Source: Octopus vulgaris
Taxonomy: Eukaryota
Direction of reading: 5' to 3'
Length of the DNA: 64,000 nucleotides
NCBI GenBank assembly: GCA_951406725.2
Contig: OX597817.1
Location: 63,550,001-63,614,000, forward strand
Of this stretch, positions 41,048 to 55,610 are shown piece after piece (position 1 is the first letter of the stretch; the number at the start of each line of letters is the position of its first letter). A program made the position numbers and the translations under genes. Below the pieces are notes generated by a model that was not told the origin of the DNA, searched no databases, and saw only the letters and a list, made by a program, of their open reading frames with translations.

Positions 41048-41480
41048 ATGAGTTCTTTACAGCTTCACGCTTAATTCGTGACAGAAAACGTTGAGAAACA
41101 GCCCTCGACTGACCCTTGTCGGAGCTCTTATGTATCTTCGTAGGAGCTGTGACAAACCTTTTCACTGTTTGGTGATATCCTCCTATTATTTTAGATATTT
41201 CTAATGTTGATTTACCTTTTGCAAGTTCAAAAGTAATAACAGATTTCTTTGAAGCAGTTAACGACCCATAATTTAGACCCATAATTACACGATTATCAGA
41301 CCGCTCGTTAATAATTTGGAACACTGAAAGTTCATGGAAATCATGTAAATGGCTGCGGTTTGTTTGAACTTGCGCAAAACCTCACGTTATTTTACATACC
41401 ACGCGCACATAATTGTTGCCATCATTCTGTGGAAATTTCGTTGAATTCCAACGAATAGTTTTTAAATAAAATTTTTAAAA
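41048..41480 (-). mobile_element. Tc1-like transposon 5' fragment
   Basis: LTASKKSVITFELAKGKSTLEISKIIGGYHQTVKRFV...LSRIKREAVKN is a paired-like HTH N-terminus. Confidence 0.75.
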
Positions 41481-41529
41481 TGTTACGTCGTTAATAATTT
41501 GAAATATAGATAAGAAAGGTAATAAACCA

Positions 41530-42442
41530 GTTCAGAGCCACAGTAACGCACAGTAGCCATTAAAAAGAGGGACTTGTGTGCTGGAGTATTGTCCTGGTGA
41601 AACAAGACCCCCTTTCGTCAGTTTTCTTGAGCGTTTGGTCTTGCTAGACTTTTGTAACTACCTCAGCAAGTTGGCATAGTACTCTCTATTGAGGGTGTAG
41701 CGCCCTTTTGGAAATAGTCAATAAACACAAAAAAGACTGAGACTATTACCTTTTCTTCGGATGAAACGTCCTTAGCCTTCTTTGGTGCAGCTGAGGAAAT
41801 GTGTTTCTACTGCACGGATTATCTCTTTGCCTTTGGTTCAAAGTGAAGGAAGACAATAGTCATCCTGGCTCAGGAAACGTTGAAGGAAACCAGTTGGATC
41901 TGCCTGAAACAATGTCAGATTTTCCCGTGATGTGATCAGCTTAGTGCGCATTTGATCAAGTCTCCGAAGATGTGGCACCTACCAAATAGAAACCTGCATG
42001 ATGCCAAGCCCATCGTTCAGAATATTCTCAACTCTCCCCGCGGGATATGCTAATAGCATTGTCTTTTAGATTTATAGTCAGTTTGATTTATAGTCAATGT
42101 TTTCCTCAAAGATGGCAGTTGCTGGACATCCAGACGTTGTGTCATCTTCAAAACTCCGTCCCCCTCCTAAATTCAGCTTCCCACTTTCGCACTGTCGATA
42201 AAAATGTAGTTTCATCCCCTAATGTAGCAACTATATCAGCATGAGTGTCGTTGGAAGCTAAACTCTTTTTCTGCATGTACTTATGTCAATTTTCAAGAGA
42301 AATCGCTACTAGTTACTTGTGAAATCTTTGAAAAGTGAGACGTCAGTTTACCTGGAAAGAAACAACGCAATTATTAATAAGTGTTGAAATTAATGCATGA
42401 AATCATTCATAGTCAGCCTATGAACTTTTCCGCCCACCTTCG
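41530..42442 (-). mobile_element. Degraded mariner fragment
   Basis: TA|CGAAGGTGGGCGGAAAAGTTC terminus at 42442; minus translation VLFHQDNTPAHKS near 41570-41610. Confidence 0.75.
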
Positions 42443-42480
42443 TAAAGCATAAAGCAAACACTTTGGCAATTTGCGACACA

Positions 42481-42927
42481 AGTGCCTGAATAGAGAGAGA
42501 GATTTTATATGTCACTGACGAAAGATTCGGCTGCTATCATACTGCCGGACATCTGCCACAGAACTCATAGCGGGGTGAAATCACGTGATCTGGCAGTTTC
42601 GGCGGCTGTAGCAGACGATTCTCTTCTATCAACGATGTGATCACGTGTACTTTTATGCACAACGAATCCTTATGGAAGATCCTATCTAGGCAAACAGCGT
42701 AGTATTTCTGTCCTAACACAACTTCCACGTTTTGTTGGACATCAAAAGTACCATTTGGTATAAATACTGCTTCTGTCGCTGTTAATGATTTTTTTAATAA
42801 TCCCACAAGTTATTTTCGACATCAGTGCCTGAATAGACACTGAGATTCTATATATCATTGACGGGAGATTCGGCTGTTATTGTGCTGCTTGCCTTCTGTC
42901 ACTGAGGAACTAATAGCAGTGGGAAAT

Positions 42928-42935
<8 letters not shown>
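42481..42935 (+). repeat. Diverged partial tandem duplication (42481-42590 / 42823-42935) of the 9652 repeat family
   Basis: AGTGCCTGAATAGA..GAGATT.TATAT.TCA.TGACG..AGATTCGGCTG..GAAATCACGTGAT occurs twice. Confidence 0.75.
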
Positions 42936-42966
<31 letters not shown>

Positions 42967-42986
42967 TGTATATGCACATATATGTA

Positions 42987-43400
42987 TCTCTTATTATAAA
43001 AGGCAGATTTTATCTGCCTCCCTTTGGGAGTTATACAAATCTACAATATAGGATTTCTTCAATTACAATTTACCTAGCATTTTTAAGAGTACAATGCATC
43101 GCGTCATGCCAGGTCCAGTTTTTAAAATTTAAACTCCAATTAAGCTAAATTTACAGAAAACTCACATTCTGGTGTGTGTGTCAAATGCTTTTCTTAGTCT
43201 GGTTTACAGCACACGCAAACGCACACACACAGTGTGCAACGAATAAAGTGAAACTAGATGTAATATTTGTTTCTGTCTATCACGCTGATAGATACATGAG
43301 TAAAATGTATGGGAAGCTAACACATAAGAGTGAGTGAAAATGTTCTTGGAAGAGAGTAAATAGCCAGAGAGAGTGATTTGAGGAAGACTTTACATTAAAT
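42987..43400 (+). mobile_element. Possible Helitron 5' fragment
   Basis: A|TCTCTTATTATAAAAGG start resembles Helitron 5' ends; no 3' CTAG/hairpin found. Confidence 0.35.
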
Positions 43401-43460
43401 AACCGTAGTGGCTTGTGTTAGTAATAAAGTAAACATACACTCATACATACATACATACAT

Positions 43461-43491
<31 letters not shown>

Positions 43492-43874
43492 TACATACAC
43501 ACACACATACATACATACACACACACATACATACATACATACACACATACATACATACATACATATACATACATACATACATATACATACATACATACAC
43601 ACACATACACACACACACACAGTATTGAAGCTTGAGAACAATCAGATACATTTGCAACACATCTGTTGAAAATATTATTGTTCACACACATACATATACA
43701 TATATACATACAGACAGACAGACAGATAGACACACACACACACACACATGATCCAGCATGGCCACAACCTCAAGGCCGAAACATATAAAAGAATAACAGA
43801 ATATAAATGTGTGCATGTGTGTGAGAGAGAGAGTGTGTGTGTATATGTATGTATGTATGTATGTATATATATAT

Positions 43875-44465
43875 AATAATGCGGTTTTTTCAACAGCTTG
43901 AACTAAAAGTCAGAGGGGAATGGGATAAACTACTTATATTAACTTGCTATAAAAGCAGGTAGTAATTTTATCTTGTCCTTATTCATAGTGCAAGTTTTGA
44001 AGAGTGCACTTCGATTTTAACAGCTATTTTTTTCAAAGCTATATTGGAAGTAACAAAGGAGCATATTTGGCATATTTTGCTTTATGAGTTCAATAAAGAC
44101 AACAACGCAACGGAAAGTACAAGAAATATTAATGCAGTATATGGGGATTGGACAATAAGCGTAAGGCAGTGTCAATGGTGGTTCCAGAAATTCCGAGCCA
44201 TAAACTACAGCCTAGAAGACGAGCCTCATCCTGAAAGATCTGTAGAACTCGACAAGGACATCCTGAAAACCCTGGTGGAACAAAATCTCATCGTAACTGT
44301 TGAGGAACTAGCAGAGAAGCTTGGATTTGGTCATTCAACCATTCATTGAGACCTGTGTGCTATCGGAAAAGTCAGCAAATTGGGTCAATGGGTTCCTCAC
44401 GAACTTTCCGAGTCTAATTGCATGCAGAGAGTGAATGTATGCTTTTCTTTGCTGTCACATCTCAC
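43875..44465 (+). mobile_element. Mariner 5' fragment (transposase N-terminus, pseudogene)
   Basis: HILLYEF..NINAVYG..QWWFQKFR..SLEDEP..ELAEKLG..IH*..GKVSKLGQWVPHELS; truncated just before a Helitron. Confidence 0.9.
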
Positions 44466-44484
44466 CACTACTGCGCTATGTATA

Positions 44485-45122
44485 TCTATATATATAAAAC
44501 TGTAGTTGTGTGAGTGTCTGTCCCCTACGATTTAGATTCCTAACTACTCCCACATTTTGCGGTGCAGTTTAACCAAATTCGGGTAGCTTATAGTCGTGAT
44601 TCATATCGATCCCGTCTGAGTATTAGCGCGCGTCTACGATGAGTCTACGATTTTTAAAATAATTTAACATCATTTTATATTCCATTTTAATGCATAATTT
44701 TTCGTGTGTCGATGGCGGCGGAGTTGGCGTCCACGCTCACACCTGCACCTGTGGGGAAGGGAGTGTAAGGAAATCAACGTCGTAATGCGTTGTCAAGGAG
44801 ACCAGCGTTCTTTTAGAACAACGACTTCATGGCTTGAAGACACCAAAACAGAAATGGCTAAGAAAGCGTCTACATGAGTCTACGATTTAAAACAAAAATT
44901 TACCATCGTTTTTTTTCCATTTTAATGCATTTTTTTGCTATTATATAAGGGAAGTAACTCTCTAAAAATGTCTACGATGAGTCAACGATTTTAAAAAAAA
45001 TTTACCATCATATTTTTTCCATTTTTAATGCATTTTTTGCTATTTTTTGGCTATAACTCTCTAAAAATGCTTATATAGTTATTTCCCTTACAAGCCCGAG
45101 CAACGCCGGGCGATACTGCTAG
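44485..45122 (+). mobile_element. Non-autonomous Helitron with internal tandem duplications
   Basis: A|TC start at 44485, GC hairpin at 45094-45111, CTAG|T end at 45122; block TCTAC..GAGTC.ACGATTT..CCATTTT.ATGCA occurs three times. Confidence 0.9.
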
Positions 45123-45419
45123 TATATGATATATATGAATATGAATGCACACACACACATATTATTTGTGCATCAAGGCTACCATTGGTTTCATGCTAAA
45201 GAAAAATATCTTAATATCTTAAAATTTTTTTCAAGCCGATCACATGGAGAAATGGTGTTCATTTCCATTTTGGATGAAAACACACACACGGCTCGTTCTT
45301 CAATAAGTAGCAGCTATAGCATCCATTGACTGGAATAATCCTTTTATGAAACTCAGAGTTGCAATATTCTTGAATATATCATCATACACAGTTATTCACA
45401 CATGTGCATTGCTGAATGC

Positions 45420-46975
45420 TTGTCTTTACAGACTCATGGTGAGTATATATCACTTCAGGTAACTCCGGGGTAATTGACACAAAGTCCCGATTTCCCTGCT
45501 ACGTTCAAGGCACCGAAAGTGCCCTTTTCCAGTTTCTTTCTTTCAGTTTTGTAACTCTCGCCTGCCTTTTGTTATGTACACAAGAAAGAAGTGCCGCCTC
45601 TCAATCCTTACTTTCCTCTTCATGTGGTAATTAAAGGAGTTCAAGGCTAGACCAGATAGGAAAATGCTTGATTACAAAATCTTTCAGATAAGTCCACCAT
45701 AAAGCCTCATTCTCGACAACCACTAGAAAGAGGACTAGCTGCACTTCCATACCAAATGAAGATAGAACGTAGTTTTCTCTCTGGATTTTGATGATAACTG
45801 GACTCATCCTCATACGACGGCAGATATTGGACATAAGTTCACAAATCGTTAATGCACGGGCACTGGAATATATCTTGTAGGACGGTCTCCTTACCTTGTG
45901 TATATGTTGGACAGATCTGGCTGTTGGCACTTGTGTGCTTGTAGCGCTTAAAGTGAATGGACATTGCTTTCTTTTGTAGCACTGCCATGCCAAGGGCTGT
46001 AAGCAATTCTCCAGAAGTTACTGCTCGGAGTATTCTCGTCAACGCCTAGAATCGGTCCTGCAACTAATCCTCTACAGCAATCGAGAGTTGTTTCCCCGAC
46101 AACGACATCGTTTTTTTAGTAGAATACTTGAGTGCTCAGAAACATTCGAGATACCAAACACCCTCCTTCGGTATTCATTTGGCCTATAATTGACATTCAG
46201 TTAAAGAGACAAGCTGCATCAAGACGTGTTGCACCTAAGCTGACCACACAAATTCGCCCACGTTTTCGTCGTTGTCATCATAGTGAACAAGATATTTCTG
46301 TAGACGCATCAGCCTCATTGAAGGACTGCGCATCGTCAGTGACAACATTCCGAGACCATCACGGAGTGGATATTGGTAACAGGCAGATTTCTTGACAAAC
46401 TGAATATGTTTCTTTCATAAGAAGTGGAAAAGCATGTGTTCCAGTTTGATCAGATGTTTCTTGGACAAAGTGCTACGCTTAGGCTGTGATACATCACCGA
46501 AGCAAGGTAATTATTAACCTCTCTACACCCGATTTTTCAGGAGCTATTTCCTCTGGGGATATTTCTGAATGAGACTGGCCACTCTGCTCGTGACTTCCTC
46601 TCAGCTTATTTCCACTTGGAGCTCCGGTTCCAAACAGAGTCTAAGCACCTTAACCAGGCCTCGATCCAACGATAGAAACTGCCGCTATTCAACATGCACT
46701 TGGCTCTCCTGGTATCGTATTGCAAACCCACTAACTTTTCCTATTTGATATGTACTCCAGTATACTTGCGTTATTCCTCGAGCATAGTATTGACTGTTTC
46801 TGTATCTGAAGTGTTGGACACCATGAGAAAAATTTCGTCCGCACATAGAGACATAATTCTCCTGTGACTCAGTGCCTGTTAAAGATGCCTGTTAAAGTTT
46901 TCAACCTTTATAGCAGGGATCCAGAACTAAAACATTCTGGAGAGGGACAGAGGATATCTTTGACGGGCTGAGCAT
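45420..46975 (-). mobile_element. L1/Tx1-like LINE ORF2 remnant (RT to zinc-knuckle region plus UTR)
   Basis: Minus frames give RQRYPLS (cf. RQGCPLSP), LCADEI (YADD), ICPTYTQGKETVLQDIFQCP (decayed CCHC) and EALWWTYLK, homologous to 22300-22350. Confidence 0.75.
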
Positions 46976-47444
46976 TTAATGCTAAACGATTGCATATTTT
47001 TATCAGTTTATAAGTATATATGAATAGGAATGTGTGTGTGTTTGAGTGTGTCTGTGTGTGTGTTTGTGTGCATTTGTGTGCATGTGCCTGTATGTATCTC
47101 AGTAATTACTTTGTTAAATCTGTAGCACAGGTTCAACTGAGTTAATAATATCAATTACCTGACAGTAACACTGCTGTATAAGGGTGTGAGTGTAGTATGT
47201 GTGCGTGTATGTATGTGCATCAACTGTTTGAGTGTGCATGTGCACGCGTGCGTGTGTGTTGTGTGCGAATGCATGTGAGTCTTTGTGTACATGTGTGTCA
47301 ATGCATTTGCCCCCTGCTCCCTTCGCCACTGTTGTACCTGATTATACGTGAGCATGTGTGCTGTCGTCGCTTAAGATGATAAAATAGTGTGTGGAGAAGT
47401 TTGATCATTCATAAAGTCCTCGAAGTCACCTGTTACTAATACTC

Positions 47445-47480
47445 CGTCGCCATTGGTTGAGTGTAGCGCGCGCCAACAGT
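47445..47480. promoter_or_regulatory. Candidate NF-Y (CCAAT) and E2F-like motif pair
   Basis: CCATTGGTT (reverse AACCAATGG) about 10 bp from GCGCGCGCCAA in a CpG-retaining patch; motif evidence only. Confidence 0.25.
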
Positions 47481-48554
47481 CTTACATTGTGAACGAGTTG
47501 ACTGAATCTCTGTGTCTGGCAAAGTACTGTTTATTTTGTCAGTTGATAATTATTAGTCGATGACCGTAAGAAATATATATCTCAATAGCAGCAACAGGAC
47601 ACTTTAATTATCATTAGTTTAAACAAACACTCAAACACGGACATTCACGCACAGACAATAACTCACACGCACACAGACACACACAAACACACACACACAG
47701 ACGATCATCCCCGATCGCACTCACATACGGCAAAACAAAAAACAAAAAACAAAAATAAAAGGATAACGGGATAACGGGAAAGGAAATGCCACAAAACGAA
47801 TACAACCATTAAAAAACAAAACAAAAAGCATAAAAACCACGAAATATATATGTATGTTTATATAATATAATATAGTATAAATAATACATACATACATACA
47901 TACATACATACATACATACATACATACATACATACATACATACATACATACACATGTGTATTTAGCTTCACCGTTTAAATATCTTTCACTTATTCCATCC
48001 CAGTTTGCATTCGCAAGTTTTATTTTAATTGTGTTGTTACTTACACCATTTTATTAACAAACCTTTACTATTGGAATTATTATCATTATTATCATCAATA
48101 TTGGCTGAAGTAGTAACAACAACAGTAACATTATTGCTGTTGTTGTCGTTTGTTATTGTTGCCATTGTATCTCATAGAAATGTATAAACATGCATTCACC
48201 GATTCGCACCTACTAGTTCCCCCTTCTTTACTTATGAATACTGGAAGGTACATTTAAATTCTATGACACGTAAAATCGTTATTATCGTTGTCCGCTTTAT
48301 TATAGATCATTAATAACCGGTATTACTGTTATAGTTTTAATTGTTGTTATTGTTGTCTCTTGTGCTGCTGCTGCTGTGGTTACTTCTGCTGCCGCTTAAT
48401 CAAGAAACCATTATTATTCTTATTATTTCCTATTCAAATTTACGTATTCCTAGCGCTTCGTTTTTCTAATTTAATTCAGTTGCGTTTGCTCCCGTTTCGC
48501 AAGCCGTTCTTTGTAATTATCGCTTGACGTCGCCGCCGCCGTCGTCGTCATCAT

Positions 48555-48555
48555 A

Positions 48556-48606
<51 letters not shown>

Positions 48607-48726
48607 ATACCAGTAGTAGTAGTAATACTAGTAGTAGTAGTTGTAGTAGCTGTGGTTTGTTGCTTTAGTTACTGGTGTTGTTAATTCTTCTTCTACTTCT
48701 TCTTCTTCTTGTTCTTCTTCTTCTTC

Positions 48727-48763
<37 letters not shown>

Positions 48764-48786
48764 CATTGTTGTTGTTGTTGTTATTA

Positions 48787-48848
<62 letters not shown>
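48555..48848. repeat. Trinucleotide microsatellites (TAG)n, (TTC)n, (TTA)n, (TTG)n
   Basis: Seen directly in the sequence. Confidence 0.95.
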
Positions 48849-48850
<2 letters not shown>

Positions 48851-49210
48851 ACTCATATTGGTCCAGTTGATTTTTTTTCTTAACCTCTGTAATCCTTTCA
48901 TTCATAATATCTTGTTACTTAAAATATAAAAAAAAAAAACTTAAAAAAAAAACAAGAACAAAAAAAAGTAGTATTCCACAAACGAAGTGAGAAATATTAT
49001 TTAACTACAGAAATAAGAGTTAAAATAATAGTTTTTAATCACCTCTTCTTAGTTACATGCTCATAAACTAAAACAAAGTTGAAGCAATATATATATATAT
49101 AAAATTTAATAATTTTTACAAACTCCTACACATTGCCTCAAACACACACACACACACACATTCCTTTCTCTCTCTCACTCTCATTTTCACTGTCTCACTT
49201 TTTCTCTCCC

Positions 49211-49339
<129 letters not shown>

Positions 49340-50527
49340 TTGCGTTTCGTAATCAATAAATCATACATTTGTTGGCAACGGGCACACCCACACCCACATC
49401 CCACACATATACACACATACTCACACGCCTTCAGCCCCGCCACTGCACACATATCGAAAGAAAAAAAAGAAAAGAGACCAATTCACAGCAAACACACATT
49501 CTATAAAGCATTGCAACTTATACTCCCACACAAAACAATAAACACACGCATACACACACACACACAGAGCACGCGCATTAACAAGCACTCTGTAACAAGT
49601 ATATATACAGCGCATATATATATACCTATATACAAGTTGTATACATATGTATATATATATATATAAAGAGATCTAGTGGAAGTTCACTAGTGCAATTATA
49701 CACCGTTTTCTGTGTACATTTCAGAGAGAACTTGCCCACAACTCGCACCATAACACAGAGTAATATCACACCTGTATAAGTACACATATACACACACATA
49801 AACTAATAAAAACGGCAATATACACGACATATGACATATATACACCCTTAGCTATCAACCAATCTATATGTATATGATATAAGCGCACACAATCTCCCAC
49901 GCACAACATAACACACACATACACATACATATATACACATTTGTATGCATAGACATTTATATATATATATGTGTGTGTGTGTTTATAGTTATATTTATAT
50001 AAACGCTCACAAGCAAGTACTTGCGCACAAACGCGTATATATATATATATCCATAATTGTTAAAAACTTTGCCTTCACTCGTTTCGCAGACGATGAAGTA
50101 ACTAGCCAAACGCAAGAATGCCAGACGCGATTCGCAAAAATATGTGCTCCAGTATGACCACGTTTAGGTGACTGAAATAAGTGTCGGAAAAATTTTATAA
50201 GAAGCAGTATATATAGAGAGACGTGCGGTAACACAACCAAAATGAAGCGTGCATAAAAGAACTGAAAGGCATATTTTTACCCCGCCAAAAAAAAAAAAAA
50301 AGCGTAATTGAAAGGGGGTCAACGAAAAAAAAAATTAGAAAATTAAAAAAGGGTTGAAAGGGGCCAGCCTTAAGCAGCTCTATAAACAATAAATAAAAGT
50401 ATTCTGTTTGGCAAGGAACACCGACGCCTTACTTAAAGACAACAAAGAAAAAAACTGACCCGTTGGAATAAGTTTCACCCAAAAACTATATATATTTACA
50501 ATCTCAAGAATATACCAACACCGTTCA

Positions 50528-50558
<31 letters not shown>

Positions 50559-51292
50559 AATATAAAAAGACATAATACAGACACACACAAACACACACAC
50601 TTATAACTGTATAGATAAATACAAAAAACGTTGTGCAAAAATATATATAGCCATATCTATACAAGCACACAGGTATATACGCATTCTTATTCGCATACAT
50701 ATTGAGATCAAGACACATACACATTCGAAGACATTGCATACACTAGGAGGAAAAGAGAGACAGGAAGAGAGGCTGCAGGAAAGTGAGAAAGAGCTAGAAA
50801 AAGTGACTGTAGACATACATATTTGTGTATATAGAAAGATAGATTGATAAGCACAGTGATTCTGGTGAGACACATTAAAATCATATCCATACTGTGATAT
50901 AGATACATACTTATATACATACATATAAATAATATACATGTATGTATAAAGAGGGGGAGAAGTTTACAACACAAGTTACTTCTATATGAATACACACGCA
51001 CTTATAAATATGTATACCAACAATAAATATTGGTATATAAAAATATAGATTTATAAATATATATATATATATTATATATATATTATATATATATACGTAA
51101 ATACATATATACGTTCATACATACACACATTTATGCGTATATACAGAGAAATTACTGACTAACGTGGAACCGATCTTAAATAGTACAGTCATGAAGTTTG
51201 ACAAGACATTGGCAGCTGGTAAGTATTAAATTAATTTCAAATAATTGTATCGTATCTTATTTAATTTTATTTAATCTATCTATCTATCTATG

Positions 51293-51373
<81 letters not shown>

Positions 51374-51419
51374 GTATGAATGTATGTATGTATGAATGGA
51401 TTGTATGTATGTATGTATG

Positions 51420-51450
<31 letters not shown>

Positions 51451-51868
51451 GTATGTATGTATGTATGTATATATGTATATGCCCATTTTACCTGGATCTA
51501 TACATGCCTAGAAACAAAAACAAACAAACAGACAAACATACAGGCATACATAGATACATAAATAGATTGATAGATACATACATACATGTATACATACATA
51601 TATACATACACACATCTATACATATATCCATCCATCCATCCATCCATACATCGATCCATCCATCCATCCATACATACATACATATTTGTATACATTTATG
51701 TGTGTTTCAATTCTAGAATAATATGTTTATACATATATTACATATATAAACAAATATCATAATTATATTTATATATACTGCACATACACACACGCGCGCA
51801 TGTGTGTGTACGTGTATATATATTGGTATGTTTTTCATATATATTTATGAGTATATGTATATATATAA

Positions 51869-51911
<43 letters not shown>

Positions 51912-52006
51912 AATACATATATATATATATATATATATACATATATATATGTATATCTATATACATGATTAAATATGTACATATCTATAAAAAATATGTA
52001 TATATG

Positions 52007-52037
<31 letters not shown>

Positions 52038-52512
52038 ATATGCATGTTTGTATGCATGTGTACATATTTAAGCATGTATGTAAATATATATATGTATGTA
52101 CGTATGTATATATATGCACATTTATATATCTATCTATATATCTTTAACAACATCTATCTATCATTCTGTGTACATATTTATATATATATTGAGAGAGGGG
52201 ATAGAAAGAGTGAAGAGGCGAAATAAAAAGATAGTTAGATAGACAGACAGACTGATAGATAGATAGATAGATAGATAGATAGAATGCTTATACTATAACT
52301 TCTTTAAATATAACAACTTTCATTTTTCAATTTCCTTTAATAACCTATCTCATATGAACTCTTTAATTTCTTTTAAATAGATCGTTGACCATCATACCAT
52401 AGATCTGTCATAGCATTGTGCACACTTAAAAACGTGTCCTATCAAGCACGTATAGAACACGTCTGAGCGCTTATATATAGGTATATATGTATATGTGTAA
52501 GTGTTCCTATGT

Positions 52513-52806
52513 GAAGGCGCGTGATCTGGTGGCTCAGCTATCGCACTCACGATCGTTACATCATGGTTTCGATTCCTGGACTGGGTGGCTCGTTGTTTTC
52601 TTTAATAGAACATTTCGTTTCACGTTGTTTCAGTTCACTCAGCTGTAAATGGGAAATCCTGTGGCAGAATAGCCTTCCGATCAGGGGGGATGTTGGCCTG
52701 CTCGCCTAACCAGCGGGATAGCGTCATTCGAAAGCTAAAGCGATGCGAAGGGCATTGTGACTAGCGATGTGTAACAACATCCGAAAGTCTGGGCGATACC
52801 GTGATA
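52513..52806 (+). mobile_element. tRNA-headed SINE (family B-like); tail shared with 61850-62120
   Basis: GAAGGCGCGTG..GCACTCACGATC..GGTTTCGATTCC; tail GTTGG.CT.C.CGCCTAACCAGC..GCATTGTG..AGCGATGT. Confidence 0.75.
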
Positions 52807-52834
52807 TAATTATTTAACATACATACATGTGATT

Positions 52835-52985
52835 AAGAAGTACGCTTCGTAACCATGTGATTTTGGGTTTAGTCCCATGTGGTTTCGGGTTCGTAACCAT
52901 GTGGTTTCGGTTCCAGAGCAAGAATCTTCTTCACTCTGTGAGTGAAATTGGGAATCTAATTGACAGAGACTGTGCAGAAACCCAT

Positions 52986-53060
<75 letters not shown>

Positions 53061-53310
53061 GCGTGCACGTTCGTATATTTTTGTTTGAATCCTTCTTACC
53101 TTTAGACAACTAGTATTGGTTTGTTTACGTCCATTTAACATAGTGGTACGGCGAAAGGGAGATGGATAGAATAAGTACCAGATTTTTAAAAAGTGTAGTT
53201 ACAGGAGTCGATTTTTTCCATTGAACCTTTCAATGCCATTGGATTGCTATTAGATTGCGCCCCAGCGTGGGCGCAATCCAATGGCTGAGACAAGTAAAGG
53301 AATAAAGAAT
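52835..53310 (+). mobile_element. SINE family A, degenerate, with expanded (TG)n
   Basis: AACCATGTG.TT..GGGTT.AGTCC head; GATAGAATAAGTAC and CTGAGACAAGTAAA tail. Confidence 0.6.
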
Positions 53311-53719
53311 ACTTCTTTTTGCGTATATTTGCGAACTTTGCTTCGCAATCACAAAGTCCTGTGTTCAATCCCATTGCTTGGTGTCATTCCCCAAAGCCTC
53401 ATACGATCTGATGTTTGTGAGTGGAATTATATATTGAGGGAAACTGTTCGGAAGCCTATCAGACAGAGTATATTTGTCATTCAAAAGTATATATTTGTCA
53501 CATACCGTGTCTCACTGATTCAGCTTCAGGATTAGGTTAAGAACAAATGAGACTGTGGTATACTCAGCCATTTACATAGTTATTTAAAGATCAAAAGCTG
53601 AATACTCATCATCGAAAACAATAGAGTCATTAACTTTTGTAATGATGCATGCATAGATTCGTGTTTGTGCAACAAAGCAAAATGCATCATTACAATAAAT
53701 GCTAATATAAGACTGAATG

Positions 53720-53935
53720 ATGGTGGTGAGCTTCTAGAATCATTAGCGCGCCGGGCAGACTATTTAGCGGCATTTCATCCGTCTTTATTTTCTGAATTGA
53801 AACTGCCGAGGTCGACTTTGCCTTTCAACTTTTTGGGGTCGATAAAATAAGTACCATTTTAGTGCTGGGGTCGATGTAAACGACTTAATAAGATACCCCG
53901 AAATTGCTAGCCTTGTGCCAAAATTTGAAACCAAT
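53720..53935 (+). mobile_element. SINE family C
   Basis: GGTGGTGAGC..GCCGAGGTCGACTTTGCCTTTCA..GGGGTCGAT..GTGCCAAAATTTGAAACCA. Confidence 0.85.
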
Positions 53936-54631
53936 AAAAGACTTGAATGAAAGCGGGTGTATTCGGTAGGACCCATTTCTCACTTGTACATTTTGTTTGG
54001 TTTAAAATCTGAACATGTATTCGCCGTTCAGTTCACGATAAACCGACAATAAGTTTAATAGATATATACTGCCATACATATTATATATGTACATATTATA
54101 CATATTAAATATGTACATATTATATATGTATATATACATATTCATACTGTTACACACAAACGTGTGTGTGTTTACATATATATACTCGTACATAACGTTT
54201 AATCAGTTAAGAGTGAAGTTCTTATAATAAAAAAAAGCAAAAGCCTTGTGAAATACAATCGGATCCCTGATCGAAATATCAATTAATTTCACCATTTATT
54301 AAGCTACTGAAACCAGTTAGGCGGTCGTTTACACACACACAGATTGATAGTGGGCACAGGAATGTTGATCGACCATGGCTCAGATATAAGGACAAGCTGA
54401 AGAGTAACCTATCATCAGTCCATATAGCTCACAACACCTTTGAGTAAATAGCTTTTGAGCTAACAAAATGGAGGTCGTTGTTTCATCCAGTATCAATTAA
54501 CAGGCTTAAGGGTGTAAGGCAAAGGAGAAAAGCAGCTGCAAATGTACCGCCTGCATTGACTCGTAATCCTCATACTTGAAACATCTGTAGGTTTCTTTGC
54601 AAATCGTTGGCGGCACACAAATGTCACATTC

Positions 54632-54669
<38 letters not shown>

Positions 54670-54670
54670 C

Positions 54671-54716
<46 letters not shown>

Positions 54717-54750
54717 GTATATGTATATATATGTATACATATATGTATAC

Positions 54751-54785
<35 letters not shown>

Positions 54786-54821
54786 CATATGTATATGTAT
54801 ATATATGTATACATATATGTA

Positions 54822-54898
<77 letters not shown>

Positions 54899-55610
54899 CT
54901 GTGTGTGTGGTCTGCTTGCGCGCATGTGCATAGAAAACGTCAGATGAGTACAGATCGTAGTATGAATTTATAAATAACAAAAGAACAGGAATTGCATAAA
55001 CACTTCCATTGCCTTAGAGCTGTTTCTACTATAAGATGTCACACAAGCAGTCAGGTCAGAGTACAATACTTTGTATAGCAGAAACAGGTGTATGCTAATT
55101 GAAGTGATTATATAAGCCCTACTCCTTCTCACACACACATACACACACACACACACACTCGCGTACAGTGGCATACCATGGTAATAAAACACTTGTAATA
55201 ATTTCGTGAACAATTATTCCAAAACTGTATAAAATTTTCTGTTAGTACTTTGTAGGATCTCTTTTAGCTAATATCGCAACTTTTGTTCAAATAGGTATAA
55301 ACTGTTTATTCCAGACTGATCTATATTTATTCATTCTTCGCTTAAATCTTATTCCAGTTTTATATTTGATGCAGTTTTCAACGATGCTGCTCGCAGCCTT
55401 CTAGCAAATTGTTCATAATTTCTACTCTGTTGATTAAGATCTGAATTTGAAAAATCTAATCCAGTGATTAGATTCCACGAGTTATTTTCTGAAGTTATAA
55501 TATCTTGTTACTATAGCATGGCGTTTCAACTTCTTGAGAAAAATTGGTCATCTTATCAATTTCAACATTGAAATAGATGGGTAGCAAACAATATTACAGG
55601 TTAAAAATAT

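Noticed and set aside
44044-44349. SETMAR-like host gene
   Set aside because: Only a mariner transposase N-terminus with a stop codon; no SET domain
54390-54425. CTGAAGA (plus) and CTGATGA (minus) hammerhead-like half cores
   Set aside because: No correctly placed GAAA/UH partner on either strand
55200-55600. Possible PLE RT remnant (CYPSIS-like motif on the minus strand)
   Set aside because: Only a single short motif; neighbouring motifs could not be recovered
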